The notes beneath the pieces were generated by a model. That model saw only the letters and a list, made by a program, of their open reading frames with translations, did no database searches and was not told the DNA's origin. This document shows, piece after piece, positions 35,735 to 45,993 of a DNA stretch of 64,000 nucleotides (its first letter is position 1; every line of letters begins with the position of its first letter). The DNA comes from a virus: the IMG/VR virus record IMGVR_UViG_3300029305_003442, one strand, 5' to 3'. The translations under genes were made by a program, and so were the position numbers.

Positions 35735-35735
35735 T

Positions 35736-35996
35736 TTAATTTACCTCAATATTAATTTTTTTAGTATTATAATTTTTTACATTATACATTTGAATATCTT
35801 CAATAAAACCTTCAAGATATCCTTCATTACCATATAGGTGAATATTGTATATATCATATGTATAACAACTACTAACAATTACTTCTGCTAAATTATCAAT
35901 AGTTGTTGAAGCTATTTCTCGCTTACCATTATCATCATAAATAAATATATACTAATCAGTATTAAATAAATTAACTGAACTAACAATATAACTCAT
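35736..35996 (-). CDS. Hypothetical protein (86 aa, 1 TAG)
   Basis: ATG 35996 adjacent to upstream TAA; verified 87 codons to TAA 35736-35738. Confidence 0.4.
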
Positions 35997-35997
35997 T

Positions 35998-36396
35998 TTA
36001 TCCTCCATATGAAACCATTAAACCTTCACAATCAAATAAGCACATACATAAATTTTCATCTTCATTTGTCCGCACCCAAATTTCAATTGTATCAGAAGCT
36101 TCCATATAATCAACAGTAATAATCTTACCAATATCTAAAGCGCAAGTAAGAACTGCTTTTCCTTTATTTTCAAAATCCGATTCGTTTGCTTTTGGATAGA
36201 AAATAGTATAATAAGAAATTTCTTTACATAAAAGCATTAAATTTGAATAATTTTTCATTTTATCATTAATTAATTCAATATAAGGGTCTATATTATCTGC
36301 TATTGGAAGCTATGAAACAATAGATTTATTTAAATCATATAGATTCATAGAAATATTTCCATAATCTTTAGATTCTTTTTTTAAATTACACTTCAT
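35998..36396 (-). CDS. Hypothetical protein (132 aa, 1 TAG at 36310-36312)
   Basis: ATG 36396 with AAAGGAGA SD; in frame with track ORF 35998-36258. Confidence 0.45.
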
Positions 36397-36426
36397 TATT
36401 TATCTCCTTTTTTATTTTATATAATA

Positions 36427-36455
36427 ATTATATCATATTTTTTTATTTTTGTCAA
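36427..36455 (-). promoter_or_regulatory. Perfect consensus promoter TTGACA-17-TATAAT on minus strand (overlaps nrdG stop)
   Basis: fwd tgtcaa 36450-36455, attata 36427-36432. Confidence 0.55.
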
Positions 36456-36915
36456 GATAAATAATACGTTGATTGCGGCTTCCTCTCATAGGAAGTGTAA
36501 TGTCTCTTTCAGCTTCAATATAAGGTCCATCAATTAAACAAGTAATTAATTCTAAAATTTCTTTTATATTTGGATTATGAGGTAAATCATCGTAAGTATA
36601 CCCTGTCCATAAATAAATTTCTGTATCTGGTAATTTTTCTTTAACAGTTTTTATTACCAATAAAGTCAAAAAAGTATTTTCAGGACATAAAGGTTCTCCA
36701 CCCAAAATACTTAAAGAACGCTTAATACCATTAGCTTGAAGAGCTTCAATTATTTCATTAATTACATCAGTAGTAAATTCTAGTCCTCCGTCATAATCCC
36801 AAGTTTCGGGATTATGACAGCCAAGACAATGATGCGGACATCCTTGAGTATAGAAAGAAACTGATACACCAGTTGCCGCAGAAAAATCATTTTTAATTAA
36901 ACCTGCATATCGCAT
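36433..36915 (-). CDS. nrdG: Anaerobic ribonucleotide reductase activating protein (radical SAM)
   Basis: GCPHHCLGCHNPETW CxxxCxxC motif; 160 aa. Confidence 0.8.
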   Translation of the reverse strand: MRYAGLIKNDFSAATGVSVSFYTQGCPHHCLGCHNPETWDYDGGLEFTTDVINEIIEALQANGIKRSLSILGGEPLCPENTFLTLLVIKTVKEKLPDTEIYLWTGYTYDDLPHNPNIKEILELITCLIDGPYIEAERDITLPMRGSRNQRIIYLDKNKKI

Positions 36916-37544
36916 TATTCTTCCTCCTCTAAGTCTAAATCATGAACATCATCTGGATTAGCTACTTCGTAATAAAATATACATCTACAACTGGGATGAT
37001 ATGGTGGGAGATTAACATCTTCATCTGGCGGATATTCTCCGCCTTCACACATATCACATCCACTTTCAATTACTAATAAAGTAGCATTAATAGGTCTTTT
37101 ATTTTTCTTTACTGCATTTTCTACATTTTTAGTTTCTGTATTTAAAATTCTTTCAAATTTATAAACTAAATTATCTCTTATTTCTTTATAAGTTTTTTCT
37201 TTTAAAATATCTTGTCTTGTCTCTTCCCAAATTAAAGACAATCTATCTTGAATTGTTTTTCCATCTTCTTTATAAGTTAAATCAAAGATATTTTTGATAT
37301 TAAATTCTTCTACTTCTTCATATAATTTTTCTATATATTTACTTGTAATAAGATATGTTTCAGTTAATGATTCATAAAATAAATCTTCAATTTTTTTATA
37401 TGCTTTATCCCAAAGTTTAATATTAAAATTATTTGAATATTCTCTGACAGCTTTTAAAGATTTATTTATAATTTTTTCAAAATATTTATCTTTAGATTCG
37501 TCAATTAAATCTTCTAATTTAAGTATTTCTTTTCTGATACTCAT
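36915..37544 (-). CDS. Hypothetical protein (209 aa) inserted between nrdD and nrdG; C-terminal CxxC...HPSCRC zinc-binding motif reminiscent of Mu F/SPP1 gp7 C-terminus
   Basis: Track ORF; GCDMCEGGEYPPDEDVNLPPYHPSCRCIFY. Confidence 0.45.
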   Translation of the reverse strand: MSIRKEILKLEDLIDESKDKYFEKIINKSLKAVREYSNNFNIKLWDKAYKKIEDLFYESLTETYLITSKYIEKLYEEVEEFNIKNIFDLTYKEDGKTIQDRLSLIWEETRQDILKEKTYKEIRDNLVYKFERILNTETKNVENAVKKNKRPINATLLVIESGCDMCEGGEYPPDEDVNLPPYHPSCRCIFYYEVANPDDVHDLDLEEEE

Positions 37545-37549
37545 AACAA

Positions 37550-39841
37550 TTATCCATGTTTAACCCTTCGCTCTACCTCATCTTGTTTACCAAGGTTAAA
37601 AGCAGTTTTATAATTACCAGTTAAATAACCAGTAACTCTACGCAATTGTTGAATTTCTTTACTTCCGCATTCTGGACATTCATCATTAAATTCATCAGTA
37701 TATCCGCATTTAAGACAAGTATCATTTGGAACATTTACTGCGAAATAAGGAATATCTTTATCCATAGCATAATTTACTAAAATTTCTAATGCCTCAAGAT
37801 TATTTTTAATTCCACTATCCAATTCAACATAAGTAATACATCCAGCAGAAGAATAACAGGTTAATTGAGATTCAATATCAATTTTTTCAAATGGAGACAT
37901 CTCTATCCACACAGGTACATGCATAGAATTAGTAAAGAATTCTTTATCGGAAACATTCTCAATTACACCATATTTATCTTTAAATTTCTTTAAAGCAGTA
38001 TGACATAGGTTTTCCGCAGGTGAATAATAAACACCAAAATTTAATTTATATTCATTTTTAAATTGAGCACAACGAGTTTTAAACAATTCTTCAATTCGTT
38101 TTGCTAATTCCATTCCTTCTGGAGTAGTATGATTTTTTCCAATAAGAATTTGAAGCGTTTCAGCAAGACCTAATTGTCCAAGAGCAAGGGTACCATGCTT
38201 AAGAGCGGAACGTATTCCTTCTTCTGGAATATATCCTGCCATAAGTCCATTTTCATACATAAACTTAGCAGAATCAGGAGATTGACTACAAATCCATTCA
38301 AATCTTTCAATAAGCATATCTTTAGCATCATATATTGCTTTATCAAGAATTTCCATAAAAATATCTACAAGTTCAGTAGTATATTTATATTTATCTGTAA
38401 ATTGATTTTCCCACTCTTCTTTTGCTTCCATGGCTAATGTAGGAAGAATAATTGTTACAGGACAAATATTACCTCTACCATCTTTGAGTTGACCAAAACC
38501 ATTAATATCCCAACCATTTGCTGTGCGGCATCCCATCGTTGAGAAATAAGTTCTTGGGTCATTAATATCATATCCAGCATTACCAGACCAATCAACATTT
38601 GCGTAATTGGGATATAGTCTTTGAGCGGTTGATTTTAAAGCCAATTGGAATAAATCATAATTGGGGTCTCCAGGTTTACGATTTACACCTTTCATACATT
38701 GAAAGATTCCACAAGGGAAAATAGATGTTTTATGTAAAGCTCCAATACCTTCAATGGATACTTCAAGCAAAGCTTTAGTCACCATTCTACCTTCTGGTAA
38801 AGTACAAGTACCATAATTAATAGAAGTAAATGGCAACTGATTGCCTGAACGAGATTGAAGTGTATTAAGATTATGATACATTCCTTCTACGGCTTGATGT
38901 GTTTCTTTTTTTGTTTCAAATAGAGCTGCTTGACTTAAATATTTATCAAGATTAACAATATTACTAAAAGTGAAATCTTCATATTTAAGATTAAATTCTT
39001 TTAAATATTTTTCTTTATGATTTTCAACCCAATTATCTAATTCTTCATTTGGCATATCCAAAAGAGACAGAGCTAAAAATTCGTCAGTATGTTTTACATA
39101 TTCTAATACATAATGTTTAAAAAATGATTTGCGTATATAAGGCACCATGGTCCAGTCAATATGTGTCGCAGAAACACCACCAAATTGTTGTAAACTTTGT
39201 AATTGGAAAATAACCGCTACAAGCTGAAATGCTGTATTTACAGAACCTGCGGGACGCACATCTGTTTGTCTGGTATTAAATCCTTTAGCAAGCAAATCAT
39301 CAAAAGGAATAGATAAGCAATTATGTGAACCAACATAATAACTATTTAAGTCATGAATATAAATACGATTATTTAAATGATTTTCTCTTGCTTTTGGTGA
39401 TACAATAAAATCTAATGCTAATTGTTTCGTGACCACATCTCCAGCTTCACCTGTGCGGCCTCCAAAAGATGCTTCATCTACATTAGCATTTTGGTTTTGG
39501 ATATTTGTAGCATTTAATTTTTCTTTAACTGCGTCAATAAAATCATTTTCATAATGTCTAGCAACTTCTTTTTTATATCTATAACGAATATATTCTCTTG
39601 CTACATCACTGCGTTCAGAACGCATTAAATATTCTTCAACTTTATCTTGAACTTTTTCAACAGTAAATGGTTTATCTGAATTATGTACAGCATCTTTATA
39701 AATAGCTTCCGCTATATCAGCAGCTGTATCTGTTTCATAAAGTTTTCCATCAACTTCAAGAAAAGCTTTATTTATTGCGGTAATAATTTTACCTTTATTA
39801 AAAGGAACAAGTGTTCCATCTCTTTTATAAATTTGTACCAT
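37550..39841 (-). CDS. nrdD: Anaerobic (class III) ribonucleoside-triphosphate reductase
   Basis: 763 aa; C-terminal glycyl-radical region RRVTGYLTG; Cys-rich zinc ribbon CLKCGYTDEFNDECPECG; no in-frame TAG. Confidence 0.85.
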   Translation of the reverse strand: MVQIYKRDGTLVPFNKGKIITAINKAFLEVDGKLYETDTAADIAEAIYKDAVHNSDKPFTVEKVQDKVEEYLMRSERSDVAREYIRYRYKKEVARHYENDFIDAVKEKLNATNIQNQNANVDEASFGGRTGEAGDVVTKQLALDFIVSPKARENHLNNRIYIHDLNSYYVGSHNCLSIPFDDLLAKGFNTRQTDVRPAGSVNTAFQLVAVIFQLQSLQQFGGVSATHIDWTMVPYIRKSFFKHYVLEYVKHTDEFLALSLLDMPNEELDNWVENHKEKYLKEFNLKYEDFTFSNIVNLDKYLSQAALFETKKETHQAVEGMYHNLNTLQSRSGNQLPFTSINYGTCTLPEGRMVTKALLEVSIEGIGALHKTSIFPCGIFQCMKGVNRKPGDPNYDLFQLALKSTAQRLYPNYANVDWSGNAGYDINDPRTYFSTMGCRTANGWDINGFGQLKDGRGNICPVTIILPTLAMEAKEEWENQFTDKYKYTTELVDIFMEILDKAIYDAKDMLIERFEWICSQSPDSAKFMYENGLMAGYIPEEGIRSALKHGTLALGQLGLAETLQILIGKNHTTPEGMELAKRIEELFKTRCAQFKNEYKLNFGVYYSPAENLCHTALKKFKDKYGVIENVSDKEFFTNSMHVPVWIEMSPFEKIDIESQLTCYSSAGCITYVELDSGIKNNLEALEILVNYAMDKDIPYFAVNVPNDTCLKCGYTDEFNDECPECGSKEIQQLRRVTGYLTGNYKTAFNLGKQDEVERRVKHG

Positions 39842-39911
39842 TAATAAATCCTCCGAAAATATTAATTTGGGGCGACCCTATTATATTTAATAGTTGTTTT
39901 TTTATGGTTAA

Positions 39912-40466
39912 TTACTTCTGCCCAATGATGCTTAAAATTGTCTTTACGTTCTTCATTAAGTCTAATGTATTATCATTTTGTAATTCAATATATTCAAAAG
40001 GTAAATCTGAAAAATCTTTTTTATCAGTTCCATAACGTCTAACAATTTCATCAACATTTGGTTCATCTTCTCTATTTAATTGTCTTAAAAGTCTTTGTTT
40101 ATCAGAAGCTTTTATATAAAAAATAGTTACATCAATTTGAGGGTCTGATAGTAAAAATTCAACACGAGATGGGTCAAATACTCCTATATTTATAACATCT
40201 GAACGTAAACATTCATAATCAGTTCCATAAAACCAATCATTAAAAGTTGCCATTTCTACTAATTCATTATTAATAGCTTTTTGCGCAAATTGCTCTGGTG
40301 TTATAAAATAGTAATTAATACCTTCAATTTCATTATCTCTACGAGGACGTGTAGTATAACTAATAATAGAATGAACATCATTAGTATTTTCTAAAATCAT
40401 TCTTAATAATGTATCTTTACCAGAACCAGATTGCCCAATTAAAGCAATTATTTTATACTTCTTCAT
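39912..40466 (-). CDS. Guanylate-kinase-family nucleotide monophosphate kinase
   Basis: IALIGQSGSGKDTL P-loop; TTRPRRDNEIEGINYYFI guanylate-kinase signature. Confidence 0.6.
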   Translation of the reverse strand: MKKYKIIALIGQSGSGKDTLLRMILENTNDVHSIISYTTRPRRDNEIEGINYYFITPEQFAQKAINNELVEMATFNDWFYGTDYECLRSDVINIGVFDPSRVEFLLSDPQIDVTIFYIKASDKQRLLRQLNREDEPNVDEIVRRYGTDKKDFSDLPFEYIELQNDNTLDLMKNVKTILSIIGQK

Positions 40467-40692
40467 TTATGTCAATAGCCTCATCTTCATATTCATATTT
40501 TAATTGATTAGGTAATTCATTACGATAAAAAGTATATTTCCTTTTACAGGTAGGACAAAAATAAACATACTGTTCAGGATAAGTACATAAAACTTTACCA
40601 GTACTTTTTATTTCTTCATTACAATCTTCACAATAAAAGCTATCTATATAGATAGCTTTTACATATCGTCTTTTAATTTTCATCTTCTTCAA
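40453..40692 (-). CDS. Small zinc-ribbon protein (79 aa)
   Basis: CEDC...CPTC pairs. Confidence 0.4.
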   Translation of the reverse strand: MKKMKIKRRYVKAIYIDSFYCEDCNEEIKSTGKVLCTYPEQYVYFCPTCKRKYTFYRNELPNQLKYEYEDEAIDINEEV

Positions 40693-43180
40693 TTCCTCCT
40701 TGATAACGTTCCGAAGTTAATTTTAAATCAGTTTTATTTACAATTTCTTCAATTTTATACAACTGATGACCTGGCGTACTATTGTATTTTTTAACAATAA
40801 AATTATCTCCAGAACGAATACCCATAACCGCAATCATATTACCACGATTAAACCAAGATTTTTCTACAATCTTTTTAGTTCCATCAGGATTTTTGATAGA
40901 AATTTGTTTATCAAATAAAGAAAAATATTCTTTTCTAAATTTAACTTCTACAACTCCATGAGTTGTTAATAACGTTACTGTGCTTTTAACCTTATTTTTT
41001 GCTATACAGGTTCCGCAAATTTTATGAAGTTTAAACATATGAATTTCTTTTCCTCCACGAGCAAACACTTGGTCTACTATTGGTTCTTCTGGCAAAGCAA
41101 AGAAATCAACAAATCCATATTTATTATGATTTACATCAATTAATTCATGTTCGTGATAATAAAAACATAAAACTTCCATCTCCCAAGCAGAAATTGTACC
41201 TGAAGCATATTTCTCCCAATCTTCAAGAAAAACAGCATCATTTATTTTTACTAAGATTTCATCTTTATTTTCATTAATCCATGTTCTAAAAATATCCATC
41301 CAATTTTGATAAATTTTTTCCCATTGCTTAATATTCATAAAGAAAATTGTATCTTTTGTTATAATCAAATTATCACAATGTACTTCAATAAGAAAATTAA
41401 TAGCTCTTTCATCTAATTTATATAATTCATTATTAAATTTACAAATTGCTTTTAAATAACGATTAAATTCATATACTCTTCTTGCTAAAATTTGTTCTTC
41501 AGTTTCAGATGGAAGTAGATTATATTTAATTAATCCACCCATATTTTGTAGAGTAATTCTTTTTTTTCTATCGCAAGTTTCCCAAATATACCAAGCCATA
41601 CAAGTTTTACGTTCCATCATATCATCAAAAGCTCCACCCTTAATCAATGAAATCATAGCTTGCTTGCCTGGATTTACTTTATTCAAAAAATCTCGCGGAG
41701 ATACATAAGGTCTATGTTCAATGATAGATGCTACGACATCATCACCAACATTTAATAATCCTTTTAAACCAAAAAGAATTCTATTGTTCTCAGCATCTGG
41801 CGCAAAGCCATATTTAGATTTATTAATATTTGCTAAACTAACTTTAATACCAGCAGCTTGAATATCACCAATAGCTTTCGCAATTTTACCATAATCAGTA
41901 CTTGCGCCAGCTTCTTCATCAGTTGCGCCACTATTAACAATTAAACAAGCTGTATTCCAATAGATAGGATTAAATTTAGTTGCCAATAAAATTGTTTGAA
42001 TACCAACAAATGAATAAGGTAATGAATGATTTAAACTAAAAGCATATCCAAGTTGTGGAGCGACCGCAACTTCCCAGACATAATCTGCTATATTAGAATT
42101 TCCAATTTTTTCATACACTTGCGCTTTTAATTCCGGAATTTTTGACATCTGTTTTTTTGCTACTATTTTACGAGCAGCGTTTGCTTCACCTAAAGTAAAA
42201 TTAGCAACCTCCATCAAAATTTCCATCATTTGCTCTTGGATAGGACAGCAACCATAATATTTATCACAATGTTTATGCATTAACTCAATCATTTTTTCAG
42301 GCAAATGATTAAATTTCATTTCTTTATCAAAAATATTAATTCCTGATTTTTGAATGCGAGCATATCTATCTTGCTGACTTTCTTTACCTTTTTCAGACAT
42401 AAGTCTCATCATAGCATTTGCGGCAGTCATCTCTAAAGGATTTTGTGGTTTAAGTTTTTTCGCAATTGCTAATCCAACACCACCACTAAACTGAAATACA
42501 TCCAATATATCACCTGCGGCTAAATGATTCCAAATATAATTTTCAGATGTGTCAATTATTTCTGGATGAATATATTTATTATAAGTTTCTCTTAAACCAA
42601 TATTTTCAATTAAATTATCCTCATGTAACATTTCAAAACATTTAATAATTTTATCAGAAACTTCAGTTACAAGAAAATCATATTTAGTATCACCTGCTGC
42701 TTCCGCCGCATGTAAGTCAAAACAAGTAATTAAATCTCCATTTGGTGCTCTCATAAAAGATGCTGTATCAAATGGATTTTTATCATAAAGAATTACACCA
42801 GAAGCATGAATGCCACGTTTATTTACTAATCCCTCTATTGAAATGATAATATCAACCAATCCAGGATATTGATTAACTTCTTTTATAAAAGTTGTAACTG
42901 GTTTTCTATCTTTTTCTTCATCACCATATAATACTTCTGAAATAGACCATAAAAATCCACGTTCTTGAGGAATTAATGATGACATATATTGCGCTACATC
43001 TACATCTATTCCTTCTGGATATTCTTCACTTCTATAACCACGACAAGCTGTAAGAACAGCTGATTTAGTTCCTTCAGTTCCAAAAGTTGCTACCTGAACC
43101 AAACCAAATTCTCCACGTTCTTTACGAATTGCTTCAAAAATCGCTGGTCTTTTACTTGGAGCCAGGTCTATATCAATATC
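40673..43180 (-). CDS. dnaE: DNA polymerase III alpha (DnaE-type) exon 2 (835 aa; polymerase core), begins DIDIDLAPSKR...
   Basis: Reading frame of track ORF 40673-43102 is open upstream to 43180, where DIDID follows the exon-1 motif RFLNKERAELP; RGIHASGVIL palm motif; no TAG. Confidence 0.75.
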   Translation of the reverse strand, partial: DIDIDLAPSKRPAIFEAIRKERGEFGLVQVATFGTEGTKSAVLTACRGYRSEEYPEGIDVDVAQYMSSLIPQERGFLWSISEVLYGDEEKDRKPVTTFIKEVNQYPGLVDIIISIEGLVNKRGIHASGVILYDKNPFDTASFMRAPNGDLITCFDLHAAEAAGDTKYDFLVTEVSDKIIKCFEMLHEDNLIENIGLRETYNKYIHPEIIDTSENYIWNHLAAGDILDVFQFSGGVGLAIAKKLKPQNPLEMTAANAMMRLMSEKGKESQQDRYARIQKSGINIFDKEMKFNHLPEKMIELMHKHCDKYYGCCPIQEQMMEILMEVANFTLGEANAARKIVAKKQMSKIPELKAQVYEKIGNSNIADYVWEVAVAPQLGYAFSLNHSLPYSFVGIQTILLATKFNPIYWNTACLIVNSGATDEEAGASTDYGKIAKAIGDIQAAGIKVSLANINKSKYGFAPDAENNRILFGLKGLLNVGDDVVASIIEHRPYVSPRDFLNKVNPGKQAMISLIKGGAFDDMMERKTCMAWYIWETCDRKKRITLQNMGGLIKYNLLPSETEEQILARRVYEFNRYLKAICKFNNELYKLDERAINFLIEVHCDNLIITKDTIFFMNIKQWEKIYQNWMDIFRTWINENKDEILVKINDAVFLEDWEKYASGTISAWEMEVLCFYYHEHELIDVNHNKYGFVDFFALPEEPIVDQVFARGGKEIHMFKLHKICGTCIAKNKVKSTVTLLTTHGVVEVKFRKEYFSLFDKQISIKNPDGTKKIVEKSWFNRGNMIAVMGIRSGDNFIVKKYNSTPGHQLYKIEEIVNKTDLKLTSERYQGGIEEDEN

Positions 43181-44362
43181 CGTTTATTGGACTATATTTT
43201 TCATAATGACTTACTAAGAGCATTTTACTTCAGTCATTACTAGAACATCTTTCAGACGGTGCTTATCTCCGCCTTACATAAATAGTCTCTACACATTTAA
43301 TCTTATTTTTCTATTTGTTTCCAATAATAGCCTTTATATAAAGTTCCATTTTTAATCGCTTTATCTAATTGAGTGTGTCCTTTCATTCCTAAGAATTGTA
43401 AGACTGCGGTTTTAGCATTAAATATTTGAATTAAATTGTAATTTTCATCATACATTTCAATTCGTTTTCCATTTAATGCTTGATTACCACTTTTACCATA
43501 CATACCATTTTTTTCGCCAGCGGTTTTACCTTTACTATTTACAGACATTTTCTACTTAGACTCTTCTGTATGTTTTTTACCATACATTCCATTATTAGAA
43601 CCTTTTGTTTTTTCACTCATTTTTTGTTTAAACTCTTCAGTTCTATAAGGAGAGTTGTCTCTTTCAAATTCTGCCCAATAAGATAAAAATGCTTTAGTTT
43701 TTTCACTATGGTATTTTCCATACATTCCATTATTCTTACCACGATTTACTTCACTTAATTTTCGGCACAAAACTTCTTTTTCTTCTGGTGTATATCCTGC
43801 GGTAGTGTTTCCTCCACAACCGCCCTCATGAATATTATAAAACAATGGATTTGATGTGGCATTATATAAGGCAATAAATTGTTTTTCTTTTTCACTATTT
43901 TCTAAATCATTTTTAGAAACAAATAAAATGGACTTTGTAAAACAGTCTTTTCCATATTTGGCAATTTCTTTTTTCAATTCTTTTCCGCTGCCTAAATATG
44001 AATCATCTAATTCTCCATAATGTTTTCCGATATATTTCATACCATTTATATTATTAGTAGTTAAATAAATATAATGTTGTTTCATTTAAACAACCCCCTT
44101 TCATATATATTTAACTTTTAGAATTAGACAATGACCTGACTTTGTCCAAGATTTTTAGCACGGTATTCCCAATCTAACCTTTTTTAGGTCATAGGGTCTC
44201 TTAGTCAGTTGATTCGCATTTATATAACATAAATCTTATTTCGCTGATACCGTTAGCCTGCGGTTACTCGTCTCGCCGGTCGGATGACCGGGCCGCCGCA
44301 GACACCCATTAAGCAATGGTTAATGTTCTTTTTTTACAACTGCCCAATATCAATATTAGACT
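43181..44362 (-). ncRNA. Group I self-splicing intron (about 1182 nt) in dnaE, carrying a homing-endonuclease ORF
   Basis: 5' exon ends ...GAACUGCCU (44363); intron-internal guide GGGCAGUU (44345-44338) pairs with AACUGCCU giving U.G at the splice site; intron ends with G (43181) before exon-2 GAUAUUGAU; GC-rich structured segment 44150-44330 and 43200-43300 flanks the ORF. Confidence 0.65.
43303..44085 (-). CDS. Intron-encoded GIY-YIG homing endonuclease with NUMOD3-like repeats and C-terminal DNA-binding region; in-frame TAG at 43552-43554
   Basis: YIYLTTNNINGMKYIGKH GIY-YIG motif; repeated NNGMYGK(K/Y)H; track ORFs 43552-44085 and 43303-43548 are in the same frame separated by TAG + one codon. 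Confidence 0.7.
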
Positions 44363-45733
44363 AGGCAGTTCGGCTCTCTCTTTATTTAAAAATCTCCAAT
44401 AAGGGAGACCCCAACGAATTGGGTCAAGTTGAGTAATACCAAGCAAATAATTTGAAAGAAAACCGGTCGCAGAACCTCGTCCAGGTCCAACAATTGAACC
44501 GCATTCCCAAAACAAATCAATATAATGTTTAAAAGTATTGAAATAAGCGAAAAGACAATCATCAAGTTTTTCTCCAATAAACTTAATTACATCTGCCTCA
44601 ATTTCAATACGATTAATATATTCTTCATTAAATAAATTTTTATTTATTAATTCTTGTAGACATTCATTAATCCAATATCTTTCTTGAGATTCATCAGATA
44701 TTAAAAGTGATTTAATAATCGGCCAATTAGTATCTAATTCATCTTTTAATGAATTATTAATACCAAAATAAGATAAAGTTTTAGGATAATCTTTTACTTT
44801 TACTTTTGGAATAATTTGTTTTCTTTCAATTGAATAAAATTCAATTTTATTTTTTATTTCATTTGTATTATTTAAAATCCATTCTGAAATATCATCATCT
44901 TGATAAGCATATGTTAATAATTCTTTAGCTTCATTATAATCCATTAAACGAGCAAATTCATAAAATGAATCAACTTCTCGTTCTCCACCTTTAGAATTTA
45001 AATAAGCTTTATGAACCCATCTATCTTGACTTGTATAATAATGAGCATCAGTTCCTGCGACTAATTTAATTCCAAAAGATTGAGAAATAGAGTATAATTT
45101 TTTATTAACCAATACTTGGTCTTTTGTAGTTGCTGGGGCGCATTCTAAATAGAAATCATCACCAAATAATTCAAGACAATAATTAATAAAATCAATTATT
45201 TTTGAATAATATACTTTCATTGTTTCCATGTCTTGAACTTCTTCAGCTAAACAAAATTGTAATAAATTTGATGATAATTCTCCACCAAGACAAGCTGTTG
45301 TAGCTATTAAATGTCCTTTATATTTATTAACAATAGTTGATAATTCTTTTTTTAAAACTGGAACTCTTTCCATTTTTCTATCAACATATAAATTATACCA
45401 AGCTATTGAACTTAATTCTTTTAATGCCATATAACCAATTTTATCTTTGGCAATTAAAATAAAGTGATAATATTTTTGACCACTACTTCTATCATCTGTT
45501 AAATAAATTTCATTACCAAGTGCAATTGTAAAATCTGGATTTGTCTCTCTCAATTTCTTAGCATATTGATTTACTTCCATGTGCGCAGATAAACATTCAT
45601 GGTCTGTAATTGCTATACCGTTTAAACCCAATTCAATTGCTTTATCAATTAAATCTTTAGGTCTATTTATACAATCAAGTAAGCGAATATTTGAATACAT
45701 TGTATGATTATGACAATTAAAATAACTGTTCAT
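44363..45733 (-). CDS. dnaE: DNA polymerase III alpha (DnaE-type) exon 1 (457 codons; PHP domain)
   Basis: MNSYFNCHNHTMYS...GIAITDHE PHP motifs; WRFLNKERAELP at exon end; track ORF 44309-45733 runs on into intron for 17 codons. Confidence 0.75.
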
Positions 45734-45770
45734 ATATATTCACTCTCCATTTTTATTTTTTCATATAAAT

Positions 45771-45799
45771 ATTATACCATATTTTATATGAAAAATCAA
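45771..45799 (-). promoter_or_regulatory. Promoter-family member upstream of dnaE (TTGATT-17-TATAAT)
   Basis: fwd aatcaa 45794-45799, attata 45771-45776. Confidence 0.5.
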
Positions 45800-45990
45800 G
45801 TTGTATATTCTTGAAGTACAGAAGCTAATGTACGCCTAAAATCTTCATTTCTTTGAACTCGTAATTTTAAATCATCCATTTCAGCTTTTTCTTTATCTAA
45901 TTGTTTTGCCATAGCTAATAATGAATGAGCGGCTGCTTCTAAATCGCGAGCAGCTTGTGTTAAGTTTTTTGAAGTTTCGTTTTCATCCAT
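45796..45990 (-). CDS. Small hypothetical protein (64 aa)
   Basis: Track ORF. Confidence 0.35.
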   Translation of the reverse strand: MDENETSKNLTQAARDLEAAAHSLLAMAKQLDKEKAEMDDLKLRVQRNEDFRRTLASVLQEYTT

Positions 45991-45993
45991 AGA

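Noticed and set aside
40673-45733. Intein or simple split-gene explanation for the two DnaE pieces
   Set aside because: The intervening element is non-coding at both ends, has a P1 guide pairing and terminal G, and carries a free-standing GIY-YIG ORF (inteins are in-frame protein insertions with HINT motifs); exon 2 lacks its own start/SD.
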